From positions 1-64,000 of the forward strand of contig CAXHJY010001419.1 in assembly GCA_964016885.1 (NCBI GenBank): a stretch of 64,000 bases of DNA. The letters are read 5' to 3'. The notes beneath the pieces are model-generated. The model was not told the DNA's origin, made no database searches, and saw only the letters and a list, made by a program, of their open reading frames with translations. Shown here piece after piece: positions 29,195-42,186 of the stretch. This DNA is from Eledone cirrhosa. Taxonomy: Eukaryota. The translations under genes and the position numbers were made by a program. Numbering within the stretch: the first letter of the stretch is position 1; the number at the start of each line of letters is the position of its first letter.

Positions 29195-29612
29195 ACTCTT
29201 TTACTCTTTTACCTGTTTCAGCCATCCGGCTGAGGCCATGCTGGGGCACCGCCCTTGTTGCTACACATTTTATCTCCAGCCTGTATAGGTTGGCCACTGG
29301 TGTAGGAGGGAGTTTGTTGCTGCTGCCCTTAGGTTTCCCTCGTGTCTTGCTGTGGGCTCATCCGGGATCCTGGATAACAAGGTGTCGAGATGTTTCTTAA
29401 AGACATCCACCTCCACGTCATGCAAGTCTCGCAGATGCCTCGGCAGCCTGTTGAAGAGTTGAGGGCCCTTGAATCCCAGGCTATTGCAATACCTGCTCCT
29501 TATTGTAGATGTGGAAGACGGGACCTTTGGCACCACACAATGACGTCCTGTTCGACGGTTGGTCCAGCTCCCAATGCCAAAGTTTGGTGCTAGTCCCTCC
29601 AGGATTTTCCAC
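29195..29612 (-). mobile_element. CR1/Jockey-group LINE 3' end
   Basis: WKILEGLAPN...SLGFKGPQLFNRLPRHLR...FKKHLDTLLSRIPDEP...NSLLHQ; tail GGTGCCCCAGCATGGCC...(GTAAAAGA)2. Confidence 0.82.
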
Positions 29613-29922
29613 AATATATATATATATAAAATATATATATATATAAAAAATATATATATATAAAATATATATATAAAATATATATATATAAAATATATAT
29701 ATATATATAAAATATATATATAAAATATATATATATATAAAATATATATATATATCTAAAATATATATATCTAAAATATATATATATATCTAAAATATAT
29801 ATATATAAAATATATATATATATCTAAAATATATATATATAAAATATATATATACATAAAATATATATATATATAAAATATATATATATATATATCAAAT
29901 ATCAATAAATAGACCAGGATTT

Positions 29923-29982
29923 TTTCATTCTGATGATTGAAAACAAAATATTTTGCTTTTAAGAAACTACTGGTAAATGGAA
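29923..29982 (+). ncRNA. Type I hammerhead ribozyme, family H (singleton)
   Basis: tttcatt CTGATGA ttgaaaacaaa-atat-tttgcttttaa GAAA ctactgg TA aatggaa; 7-bp stem I; island in (TA)n. Confidence 0.75.
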
Positions 29983-30028
29983 TAATTGCCTTACGTTGTT
30001 TATTACATAACTATGTATATATATATAT

Positions 30029-30063
<35 letters not shown>

Positions 30064-30837
30064 AATATATGTATATATCAAATATATGTATATATCAAAT
30101 ATACGTATATATCAAATATATATATATATCAAATATACGTATATATCAAATATATATATATATCAAATATATATACATATATCAAATATATATATATATA
30201 TCAAATATATATATATATATCAAATATATATATATATATCAAATATATATATATATCAATATATATATATATATCAAATATATATATATATATCAAATAT
30301 ATATATATATATCAAATATATATATATATCAAATATATATATATATCAAATATATATATATATATCAAATATATATATATATATATCAAATATATATATA
30401 TATATATCAAATATATATATATATATACCTGTCTCCTTCTTCGCACCGATGGAGATCATCCCCATTATATTGATGTCGATATAATTCGTATATCGATATT
30501 AATTTGGGCATCCACTGATGAGTTTATAAGAGCCCGCTTGTGTATAAAACTACGAATTATATACAAGTTTCTACATAACCTGGAAATTATTTATCCCAAC
30601 TTGTAGAAATCTTATAACGAAACGGACGTCTGGAAAGAAAGAGATATTTATTTAATAATGTCTCATATAAAATATTACAACCAATTTTCCACGAAATACT
30701 GATTAGTAAGCACCCCAAACACTAAATTGGGACAATACTTAGGTATATCCTAATGTTTGTTGAGTGAGATGGAATTGGTCGGAGTATCGCTTAAGGCTTT
30801 CTATGTTTATGTATTGAATTGTATATATCAAATATAT

Positions 30838-31033
30838 ATGAAAAATTATGACCCCGACGGCAGAGCTCAAGCCGTTTCGACGGCTATTTCTGGACCAGAA
30901 ATAGCCGTCGAAACGGCTTGAGCTCTGCTGTCGGGGTCATACTTTTTCCTATTTCCTACTCTACTACCCTAAGTATTGAGTACTCTGGTGCGTTATGGCC
31001 CATCTGGTTCCTTACCACACCTCTTTCGTTATC
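30838..31033. mobile_element. TA-flanked fold-back element, family C
   Basis: Palindrome centred on ttctggaccagaa, plus a unique tail containing the ACTC...GAGT hairpin. Confidence 0.72.
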
Positions 31034-31170
31034 AAATATATATATATATATATATCATATATATATATATATCAAATATATATATATATATATCAAATAT
31101 ATATATATCAAATATATATATCAAATATATATATATATCAAATATATATATATATATTATATATTATATA

Positions 31171-31600
31171 TATTGTTATATTTGGGGTCGATCATATTGT
31201 TATAATATTGCCAGAAATAATAATTATTTCTACTTTTGGCACAAGGCCAGCAATTATCCCAGTGCATTACTGGTACTTTATTTTATCGACCCCGTAAGGA
31301 TGAAAGGCAAAGTTAACCTCGGCGGGATTTGAACTCAGATCATAAAGGGCCATAACTCTATGCTGAAAAACATGGCCTCCGACTCTACCGATACTGCAAA
31401 ACCTACGCCCATTGCCAGAAATAATAACGATTTCTTTATTTCTTTATTTATTTCCAGAAATAATAATAAAACACACTCACTGTTTGGTTTGGATTGTTTT
31501 TTTGCTTATCATCTCTGGCAATATTATAACAATATGACCGTCCCCAAATATAACAATATTTGTTTCAACACACGATTTCATATTAAAAAACCTGCACACA
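31171..31600. mobile_element. TIR-bearing MITE with a nested SINE
   Basis: TIRs TATTGTTATATTTGGGG...AATATTGCCAGA / TCTGGCAATATT...CCCCAAATATAACAATA; related to 62690-63110. Confidence 0.7.
31224..31397 (-). mobile_element. tRNA-derived SINE with a TSD
   Basis: Flanked by the direct repeat ATTGCCAGAAATAATAA (31207 and 31411). Confidence 0.88.
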
Positions 31601-31672
31601 TATGTATATATATGCATGTGACCTGTCCGTAATTCTTTTCTCGCGCGTTCTTGACCAAGCCGGTATGAATTT

Positions 31673-31728
<56 letters not shown>

Positions 31729-32075
31729 GCGATTTCACAGAACTTATGTTTACCGAATTCGCAGACCAGACCCCTTCTTCCTCCCGTTAGACCTGTGCGA
31801 AATTCCTTCCTTGCACACATTTCAACCAGGTTTGATGGTCTTTATTATCTCGTTCACGATTTCACCGAATTTATATTCATAGAAATCTGGGACTTGTCTC
31901 TTTCTTCATCACTTTCTGTTGCTTAAACCATTTTGTTTGTTTACCCTAGCGTCCCCTTTATTTACGTGTCCCAACGACTTTTTTTAGCCGTTGCTCGCAC
32001 CAACCTGAGGTATATGGTCTTTAAAGCGATGAAATGACTATGATGGTTGGAAGACCACTGATGAAGGACAAACTT

Positions 32076-32106
<31 letters not shown>

Positions 32107-32505
32107 GAACTATGTTGTTTTAGAGTTGTTTCTCTGTTGTCAGCCAAATCAAAAACATGGGAACAATAATAATATACCAACAACAACAACGACGACAACA
32201 ACGACTACAACAATAACAGCGACGACTACAATATCACACCACCACCACAACAAAAACAGACGTTAACTTTTTTCTCCTCCGTTGCCGCCATGTTCTGCAG
32301 ACATTCCAGTCTTGTTGCATGTCTAATCTTGGCATCTCCTCAATGACCACTCATTTTCGGAAAATTATTTCCTCCATTTATCTAGCTTTCCTTCCTTCCT
32401 TCCTTCTTTCCTCCACATCTCTATGAGCCGCCCCTCTTTCTCTCACACACACAGACTTAATATTTAATATCTTACGTATATTTTTAGTTTTTATTTGGAG
32501 GCATA

Positions 32506-32559
<54 letters not shown>

Positions 32560-32563
<4 letters not shown>

Positions 32564-32590
32564 TCTTACATATATTTTTAGCTTTTATCC

Positions 32591-32629
<39 letters not shown>

Positions 32630-32766
32630 TCTTACATATATTTTTTAGCTTTTATCCATATATATATATGTGTATATATATATATATAGTATCTTACATA
32701 TATTTTTAGCTTTTAACCATATATATATATATATATAGTATCTTACATTTATTTTTTAGCTTTTAT

Positions 32767-32800
<34 letters not shown>

Positions 32801-32885
32801 TCTTACATATATTTTTTAGCTTTTATCCATATATATATGTATATATATAGTATCTTACATATATTTTTTAGCTTTTATCCATATA
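32560..32885. repeat. 6 copies of a ~33-bp unit separated by variable (TA)n
   Basis: AGTRTCTTACATATATTTTTAGCTTTTATCCAT. Confidence 0.9.
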
Positions 32886-33389
32886 TATATATATATAGTA
32901 TAATATATATATATATATATATATATATTACACTTTGTATCTCACGTATATTTTTCTTATATATATATATATACTTGTACGTCTATCTCTTTCATTTTTT
33001 TCTTTATGCTTCGATATAAAAATAATAGAAAGAAAACCTAATAAATAAATTGGGGACGATGAAGGTTTTCTTGGGGCCATTGTCATTTCGGAATATTTTG
33101 GAAGGCACAGAAATAAATACCCCCCCCCCCCCCCGAAAAAAAAAAAAAAAAAAAAAAAAAAAAGAAATTGGCGAGAGATGTCTAAAATAGATTCCTACTT
33201 GTAAGTTCTCTACCGACATACTGTCATCTCGCTGTCAACGCCAAGTCATCTCCCTGTCACCACATCGTCGTGTCATTGTTTGCTATGTTAAGAGCAACAA
33301 GATCACAAATTTCAGTTTTCTACAATTTATGGCTCCTATTTGTTTTTTAGTTTACTTCTCCCTCTTTCTACTTGCTATCCCGTTTACTT

Positions 33390-33390
33390 G

Positions 33391-33440
<50 letters not shown>

Positions 33441-33443
33441 TAC

Positions 33444-33476
<33 letters not shown>

Positions 33477-33477
33477 G

Positions 33478-33521
<44 letters not shown>

Positions 33522-33725
33522 GCACGCACAAATTATATATATACCTATATACACACACATATATATATATATATATACATGTATACGCATATATATATAT
33601 ATATATATACATGTATACGCACACATATATATATATATACATGTATACGCACATATATATATGCATGTATACGCACATGTATATATATATATATATATAT
33701 ACATGTATATATATGCATGTATACG

Positions 33726-33774
<49 letters not shown>

Positions 33775-33849
33775 GCATGTATACGCACATATATATATAT
33801 ATATATACACATATATATATGCATGTATATATATGCATGTATACGCACA

Positions 33850-33880
<31 letters not shown>

Positions 33881-33923
33881 GCATGTATACGCACATATAT
33901 ATATATATACATGTATACACACA

Positions 33924-33954
<31 letters not shown>

Positions 33955-34238
33955 GCATGTATACGCACATATATATATATATGCATGTATACGCACATAT
34001 ATATATATATGCATGTATACGCACATATATATATATATGTACATGTATACGCACATATATATATATATATACATGTATACGCACATATATATATATACAT
34101 GTATACGCACATATATATATGCATGTATACGCACATATATATATGCATGTATACGCACATGTATATATATATACATGTATACACACACATTTATATATAT
34201 ACATGTATACACATATATATATACATGTATACACACAT

Positions 34239-34307
<69 letters not shown>

Positions 34308-34325
34308 CATACATACACACATATT

Positions 34326-34381
<56 letters not shown>

Positions 34382-34435
34382 TATACATATATATATATAT
34401 ATATACATACATACACACACATATACACGCATATA
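33390..34435. repeat. TA-rich minisatellite (CATGTATACGCACAT units) and (CA)n
   Basis: Directly visible. Confidence 0.93.
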
Positions 34436-35151
34436 TCGTTCAGTAATTAGCAAATTGTGTTCATCCCGTTTTTTTTTTACACACACGTGTGAGTGAGTGT
34501 ATGTATATGTCTGTGTGTATATGGTGTGTGAGAGTATGTATATATCTGTCTGTGTGTATGTATATATCTGTCTCTGTGTATGTATATGTCTGTCTGTGTG
34601 TATGTGAGTGTGTGTGTATGTGTGTACATGTACGTGTGTGAGAGTATGTAAAAAAATAAAGAGCCAAGATTGAGTTTAAATGTGACGGTCAAGTATAGCT
34701 GTAGGTGACGTCTCGTTTAACAAGGTCTAAAGTAGTGGTGGGGGTGGGGGTAGTGGTAGTGTGGTGATGGGGTAGTGTTGGTGGTGGTGGTGGGGGGTGT
34801 GTGTGTGTTGTGGGTGGTGTTGGAGGTGCGGGGGGCGGGCGGGCGGCGTGTGTTGTGGGCGGGGGTGGGGGGTAGTGTTGTGGTTGGGGTGGGGGGTAGT
34901 GTTGGTGGTGGGGAGAAGTGTAATTGACGTCGGTGTGTTGTTGAAGGCGGCGGGGTCGCTGTGCATGTTTTCCTATCTCGTGAGATCTAAAATCTCGATC
35001 ACGTGTCATTTTCAGGGGACTGCCTTCTTCAATATGATGAGCTGTGTGTTTACATGAATGTAAAGAGATTGTAGTGTGGATAATACACACACACACACAC
35101 ATATGAGAGACGGTTTTATTCGTACATCTTTATTTTATTCGTTTATACGTC

Positions 35152-35197
<46 letters not shown>

Positions 35198-35260
35198 TTT
35201 TAATGAATATTTAACTCTATTTCGGTATTGAGTAATCTGTTCTTTTGGCCGTCAACTACA

Positions 35261-35303
<43 letters not shown>

Positions 35304-35453
35304 TCGTAGTTGTAGTATGTATATATACATACATATTTACATACATATACACAGATACATACAATATACATGCATATATATATATAGATATAGATATATA
35401 CATATATATATACATATATCCAGATACGTACATACATATATACATAAACACAG

Positions 35454-35486
<33 letters not shown>

Positions 35487-35557
35487 TATCCAGATACGTA
35501 CATACATACAATTACTTACATGCATCCATACATAGATATTTACAAATACATACACTC

Positions 35558-35593
<36 letters not shown>

Positions 35594-35689
35594 TTATTTC
35601 ATTTTACTATATATATATATATATATATATCGTCTTTATTTTATTTTACTATACATATATATATATATATATATATCTATGTGTGTGTG

Positions 35690-36405
35690 TGTATAGGTGT
35701 ATATGGATGAGGAGATTTCAGTAGTGATGTATGTGTTAAAATGTATGTATGTGTGTGTATGTATATGCGTATGTGTGTGTATGGGTGTATATGGATGAGG
35801 AGATTTCAGTAGTGATGTATGTGTTAAAATGTATGTATGTGTATGTATATATATGCGTATGTGTGTGTATGTATATGCGTATGTATGTGTATGGATATGC
35901 GTATGTATGTGTATGGATGAGGAGATTTCAGTAGTGATGTATGTGTTAAAATGTATGTATGTGTGTGTATGTATATGCGTATGTGTGTGTGTGTATATGC
36001 GTATGTATGTGTATGGGTGTATATGGATGAGGAGATTTCAGTAGTGATGTACGTGTTAAAATGTATGTATGTGTGTGTATGTATATGCGTATGTGTGTGT
36101 ATGTATATGCGTATATATGTGTATTGGTGTATATGGATGAGGAGATTCCAGTAGTGATGTATGTGTTAAAATGTATGTATGTGTGTGTATGTATATGCGT
36201 ATGTATGTGTATGGGTGTATATGGATGAGGAGATTTCAGTAGTGATGTATGGGTTAAAATGTATGTATGTGTGTGTATGTATATGCGTATGTATGTGTAT
36301 GGGTGTATATGGATGAGGAGATTTCAGTAGTGTGTATGTGTTAAAATGTATGTATGTGTGTGTATGTATATGCGTATGTGTGTGTATGTATATGCGTATG
36401 TATGT
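35690..36405. repeat. 7-copy minisatellite, 88-122 bp period
   Basis: Constant core ATGGATGAGGAGATTTCAGTAGTGATGTATGTGTTAAAATG with variable TG/TA spacers. Confidence 0.92.
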
Positions 36406-36544
36406 GTCTATAACTGCGATGGATGTTTAAATAAAAGCTTGATGAAATTGAACGAAGTAAACATCTGGAGAGGATTTTGAGTAGAAATGGAAGACAATAT
36501 TATAGTTGCCTCGTTTTCAGAATTGGTGGCCAGTCGGCACACAT

Positions 36545-37660
36545 ATATCTATCTATCTATCTGGCCATAGTCTGGTCTACTTCTTCCGATATCACTTCGG
36601 AAGGAGGATAAGAATGGAGAGAGAGGTGCTTGGCCACAGGCAGTTTTATGAAAGGTGGGTGATAGTGGCGAGAATGGCTCGTGTAAATGGGCCTTCTCTG
36701 TATACCATCCTGTAGGTAAAGAAGTAAAGGAGAGGGGAGCACCTTCTCCATGTGCTCCCCGGGCAAAGGATTGCACACTTTTTCGGGGGTGTGTGCAACC
36801 CCCATCACGTCCCCTCCCTTTTGAGGTTATTTTCGATTATTTTCATTTTATACCCTTTTTACTCGATTGTATGTAAACTCCCCCTTTGTATTTGTCCCTT
36901 CTTTTTATGCCTTTATGGTAAATAAAGAAATATATCTATCTATCTATCTATTTCGGAAGAAGGATCAGGATGGAGAGAGAGGTGCTCCACCCCAGTCGTT
37001 TTTATGAAAGATGGGTGAAAGTGGCGAGAATGGCCCGTGTGAATGGGCCTTCTCTTTACATAAGCCTGTAGGTGGAAAAGAGGAAGGAACGAGGGAGCAC
37101 CCCCTCTCTGTGCTCCCGAGGAGAAGGGTTGCACACTTTTTTCGGGGGTGTGTACGACCCCCCAAGGCGCCTCCTCTCTATTGAGGATTTTGTTATAAAT
37201 TTTATTTTTTGTTATATTTTATTTTATTTTTATATTTTGTTATTGCCTCCTCCTTATTGAGGACCCCTTTTTATGTAAACTACCCCCATTGTACTTGTCC
37301 CACTCTTTGATGCCCTGGTGGCAAATAAAAGAAACATATCTATATGTATGGCCCGTGTGAATGGGCCTTCACTCTACATCAGACTGTAGGTGAGAAAGAT
37401 GAAAGATCAAGGGAGCACCCTCTCTCTGTGCTCCTGACAAGAAGGGTTGCACACTTTTTCGGGGGGGGGGGGGGGGGGTGCGACGCCCCAAGGCGCCCCT
37501 TCCCTATTGAGGATTTTGTTATTCAATTTATTTTTGTTACATTTTATATTTTTATATTTTGTTATTGCCTCCTCCTCCTTATTGAGGAAGCCTTGTTATG
37601 TAAACTCCCCCCATTATACTTGTCCCACTCTTTGACGCCCTGGTGGCAAATAAAAAGAAA
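36545..37660 (+). mobile_element. Three head-to-tail 5'-truncated L1/Tx1-like LINE 3' ends
   Basis: YFFRYHFGRRIRMEREVL...FYERWVIVARMARVNG and a common 3' UTR ending TGGCAAATAAA; homologous to 57200-57600. Confidence 0.75.
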
Positions 37661-37709
37661 GTTATCTATATGTATCTCTCTCTCTCTTTATATACATACA
37701 TATATATAT

Positions 37710-37960
37710 ACACACAAAAACAAGATGGCGTAGGACAGAACAAAGGAGAGGCACAAAACAAAGAGAAGAATCCCCAGTCACTGAAGAGGTCACAGAATGT
37801 GTGACAAAAGAACTTTGACAATATATGAACAACCGTCCGGTTGTGGAACCAACCAACCAACCGGAAATTTATAAATTCTTAAATTTATAATAAATTGGAG
37901 TGAAAGCAACTGGTGCGTGTGTTTCTTATTGGCAACACGACCCTCCCAAAGTATAACAGT
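37710..37960 (-). mobile_element. Dispersed repeat fragment (MITE-like end)
   Basis: Homologous to 22073-22320; end resembles the TIR of 62721-63110. Confidence 0.6.
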
Positions 37961-38073
37961 ATATATATATATATATATATACTGTTATACTTTTATACAC
38001 AGACAGCCTCCAAAAGTAATGGTTGTATTTTAAAAGGGTACGTCAAAGCTATTTGTAAAACTGTTATATATTG

Positions 38074-38138
38074 TATTTTATCTGATGAAGGCATACCATA
38101 ATTTAATGTGGTATCCCTGAAATATGTATAATGAAATA
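38074..38138 (+). ncRNA. Type I hammerhead ribozyme, family B
   Basis: tattttat CTGATGA aggcatacca-taatttaatg-tggtatccct GAAA tatgta TA atgaaata. Confidence 0.8.
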
Positions 38139-38749
38139 AATATGGTTTTATAAATATAGTTTCCATTTATTAATATCGTATATATATATATATATATAAA
38201 GAAAAAAAATATATAAAGAAAATAAGAAAAAATATATAAAGAAAATAAGAAAAAATATATAAAGAAAATAAGAAAAAATGTAAAAAATAGAATATTTTCA
38301 TAGAAAAACAGAAAAAACTTTTTTAAAAACAATATTTATATATATGTATATATATATATATGCATTTATACATATATATACATATTTACACATACACGTG
38401 TGTGTGTGTGAATATCTATATATATATGTATAAATGTGTGTATATATATACATACATTTATACATATATATAGATATTTACACACACACACACATACGTT
38501 TGTAGATAGGTTTATACATAAATACATATATTTACACACACACACACACACACACACACGCGTGTGCGTGTGCGTGTGCGGTTTTCAATAGGGATTTTCT
38601 GAGTAAATTAATCAACGTTTCACATATTTTAAAACAAACTGTAGAGGTGGAACATTATCTTCAGTTGGGTTCCCTTCTAATGTCCCCCGAATTTCTGGGC
38701 CCTTGTGGCCAATAAAAGAAATGACGATTATTATTATTATGTATAAGAA

Positions 38750-38960
38750 CGGTGGGTTGGTTGAGTCGTAGGAGCGTCGGACACCACGCTTCGTCGCATG
38801 GAGTTACGCCCCTTTACATTCTGAGTTCAAATCCCGCCGAGATTAGCTTTGACTTACATCCTTACGGGGGTCGATAAAATAAAGTACCAGTAATGCACTG
38901 GGGTCGATTTAATCGACCCCCTCCCTGCCCCAAATTGCTAGTCTTGTGCTTATAGTTGAA
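38750..38960 (+). mobile_element. tRNA-derived SINE (longer subfamily)
   Basis: B box GAGTTCAAATCC, core and GGGGTCGATTTAATCGAC extension. Confidence 0.85.
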
Positions 38961-39040
38961 GTCCGAATTATTATGATTAGTGAACGTGTTGAAGTAGGAA
39001 GAGAGGAGAAGGAGGGGGAGTATGAGGGAAGTATAAATAA

Positions 39041-39252
39041 TGGTTTCTTATATAGGCACAAGGCCAGTAATTTGGGGGAAGGGGGAAGTCGATTAAATTG
39101 ACCCCAGTGCGTGACTGGTACTTTATTTTATCGACCCCGTAAGGATGAAAGGCAAAGTTAACCTCGGCGGGAATTTGAACTCAGACCGTGAAGGACCGTA
39201 ACTCTATGCTGCAAAGCATGGTGCTCAACTCTCTACCGATACTGCCAATCCA
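39041..39252 (-). mobile_element. tRNA-derived SINE (longer subfamily)
   Basis: Reverse complement of the consensus. Confidence 0.85.
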
Positions 39253-39629
39253 TATTTGAAATGAAATGTATTTTATTTCAAATATATTGTGAGTGAAGAA
39301 AAGGGTTAAATTAATTGTGAGGATAAACAAGAAAAAAAGCTTTTGACAATTTCAAGATGAATTAAAAAAACTTTGAACAGGTTTGCGGCTTACCTTCGTT
39401 GTTGAGACTGTCAGATGTTTTATCAGATGTTGTTTCCACAAGGTAGGGAAGACAGAATTGCCGCAAATTTCCGGTTAGTAATATAGTTAGGAAGTCGATC
39501 GACAGCATGCCAGACTTCGTCCGTTTACATCGTGGGGCGAAACTCGTCAAATCGGACCAAGGACACAATGTTTCCTTGGTCTTTCTATTGCTGATAATAT
39601 CTTCTGGTCGCAACTCCTGGCAGAAAGAC

Positions 39630-39745
39630 CAACGTGAAATAATGTGTTTCTCAAGGACATAACGCAGAGCTCGGTCTGGGAATTGAACTCGTAACCTCAC
39701 AACTGCGGATCTAATTCTCTAACTACTAAGTCACGTGTCTTCTCT
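39630..39745 (-). mobile_element. Second tRNA-derived SINE family, head region
   Basis: Minus strand has A-box-like TGACTTAGTAGTTAG, B box GAGTTCAATTCC, then GTCCTTGAGAAACACATT. Confidence 0.55.
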
Positions 39746-40559
39746 AAGTAGTAAATAATATAGTTAAGTACTTGATTTGAAGTAAATTGGTGCGTGTTTC
39801 GAGTCCAGTATACAAGTGTATAAAAAAAAACAGTCAGGTCTGCTGGAAAACATCATGGTGGTTGGTCGGTTTTACTTGTTGGGTCTTTATTTGCATCTGC
39901 TGACCAGTCAACATGAAAACACTGCAATATCATGGAAGTAAGGAAACAAAAAGGGGGACGGCTGTGCCACCGCTCAAGAACACCGTAGTTTTCCGTGTAT
40001 TGCTCGCATACGTATTTAACATATACTCCATTTTGACGAGAAAAATGACTGAAAAAGCCTAGTTTTGGTCTGTAACAGTTATAGTCTATAACAGTTATAG
40101 TCTATAACAGCTATGGTGGAAAACAGCTATGGTGTATACAGCCCCCCCCCCCCCCCCCGAAACAAACAAGGACAAAAGTGAACAAAAACTTCGGTATACA
40201 GGAAAACGTGAAATACACACAAAAGCCTGTTGGGCTGGTGAGATAGAACTGCGACACATCAACCATAATGGCAGGAGGGTTCTGGCGTCACAACCTTAAA
40301 AGCATGGCGGGGGAGACATAATTCTAAGTAAGAACTAGAATAATGTTGTTTGTCCAGAGAATGACAATGTCAAACTGAAAAGAATAGAAATTGCTGAAAA
40401 GAATTCAGTCAGTCCACTTTATTGGGTTTTACAGATAACTTACTGGAATTTTTAACATAAATTCACGAACAAATTTGAAATTTGTACGTTGGGAATTTGA
40501 TTTTTGCTTGTGAAATAAAAAAAAAAATCAGAAAAAAACTTATCCTAACCCAACCATAC

Positions 40560-41528
40560 CTAGAAAGAGTTGTGTTATATTTACAGACTGTTCAGGAGAT
40601 ACGGGAAGGTCTAGAAAGAGTTGTGTTATATTTACAGACTGTTCAGGAGATACAGGAAGGTCTAGAAAGAGTTGTGTTATATTTACAGACTGTTCAGGAG
40701 ATACAGGAAGGTCTAGAAAGAGTTGTGTTATATTTACAGACTGTTCAGGAGATACGGGAAGGTCTAGAAAGAGTTGTGTTATATTTACAGACTGTTCAGG
40801 AGATACGGGAAGGTCTAGAAAGAGTTGTGTTATATTTACAGACTGTTCAGGAGATACGGGAAGGTCGAGAAAGAGTTGTTATATTTACAGACTGTTCAGG
40901 AGATACAGGAAGGTCTAGAAAGAGTTGTGTTATATTTACAGACTGTTCAGGAGATACGGGAAGGTCTAGAAAGAGTTGTGTTATATTTACAGACTGTTCA
41001 GGAGATACGGGAAGGTCTAGAAAGAGTTGTGTTATATTTACAGACTGTTCAGGAGATACGGGAAGGTCGAGAAAGAGTTGTGTTATATTTACAGACTGTT
41101 CAGGAGATACGGGAAGGTCTAGAAAGAGTTGTGTTATATTTACAGACTATTTAGGAGATACGGGAAGGTCTAGAAAGAGTTGTGTTATATTTACAGACTG
41201 TTCAGGAGATACGGGAAGGTCTAGAAAGAGTTGTGTTATATTTACAGACTGTTCAGGAGATACGGGAAGGTCTAGAAAGAGTTGTGTTATATTTACAGAC
41301 TGTTCAGGAGATACAGGAAGGTCTAGAAAGAGTTGTGTTATATTTACAGAGTGTTCAGGAGATACGGGAAGGTCTAGAAAGAGTTGTGTTATATTTACAG
41401 ACTGTTTAGGAGATACGGGAAGGTCTAGAAAGAGTTGTGTTATATTTACAGACTGTTTAGGAGATACGGGAAGGTCTAGAAAGAGTTGTGTTATATTTAC
41501 AGATTGTTCAGGAGATACAGGAAGGTCT
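40560..41528. repeat. 51-bp tandem repeat, about 19 copies
   Basis: CTAGAAAGAGTTGTGTTATATTTACAGACTGTTCAGGAGATACGGGAAGGT; one copy has a 2-bp deletion near 40880. Confidence 0.97.
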
Positions 41529-42186
41529 ATAGAGTCGAAATAGAATAATATATGGAAACACTGAATTAGTCATAATTGAAATAAAGTTTCACTAAGAGTA
41601 AAGCAAATTAGATTTGAAGTTCCGTTTTGATTAACTGTTTTGCTATAAGGTGGCGAATGTCGGACAGAATGCTTGGCGGTATTCGTTATGACTCTCGTTG
41701 AAATCTCGCAGACGTCAACTGTGTCTCTCATACTTTCGAGTCGATAAACAGTACCTGACTAGTACTGATGTTGACCTCCTCTCTCTCTATTATTCGTGTC
41801 GACCCCCCCTCTCTCTCTATTACTCGTGTCGACCTCCATCTCTCCATAGTACTGGGGTCGACCTCCTCTCTCTCTCTCTATTACTCGTGTCGACCCCTCT
41901 CTATTACTTGTGTCGACTCCCTCTCTCTCTAGTACTGGGGTCAACACCAACCCCATCTCTCTGTCTCACTCTCGGTCTATCATTCTCTGGAAGGGAAGAA
42001 ATGAGCTGTATTCAGACCTAGAGAGGAGATGGACTCCCCAGGTTTAAGAAATACCCTAGAAACGTCCTATGTTAATATGGTGCCCCATACGACTTAGGAC
42101 CCTGCTTCTACAATACAAAACTATTTATTTAATCTTAAAGTGATTACATTTATCTAGAATTCTTTCTTAACAATTTTATGTCAGGA

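Noticed and set aside
30510-30570. CTGATGA followed by a hairpin
   Set aside because: No GAAA at the base of stem II and no stem I complement
32055-32080. CTGATGA at an island edge
   Set aside because: Runs into (TA)n with no GAAA or stem III
37780-37815. CTGAAGA-gtcac...gtgac hairpin
   Set aside because: Followed by AAAAG rather than GAAA; the paralogue at about 22215 does not support an HHR
39982-40210. Pogo/Tigger-like TIR remnants (also 9650-9681)
   Set aside because: Only one credible end each; no TSD pair could be established
40482-41543. 353-aa ORF
   Set aside because: Product of the 51-bp array with a frame switch mid-array; no recognisable domain
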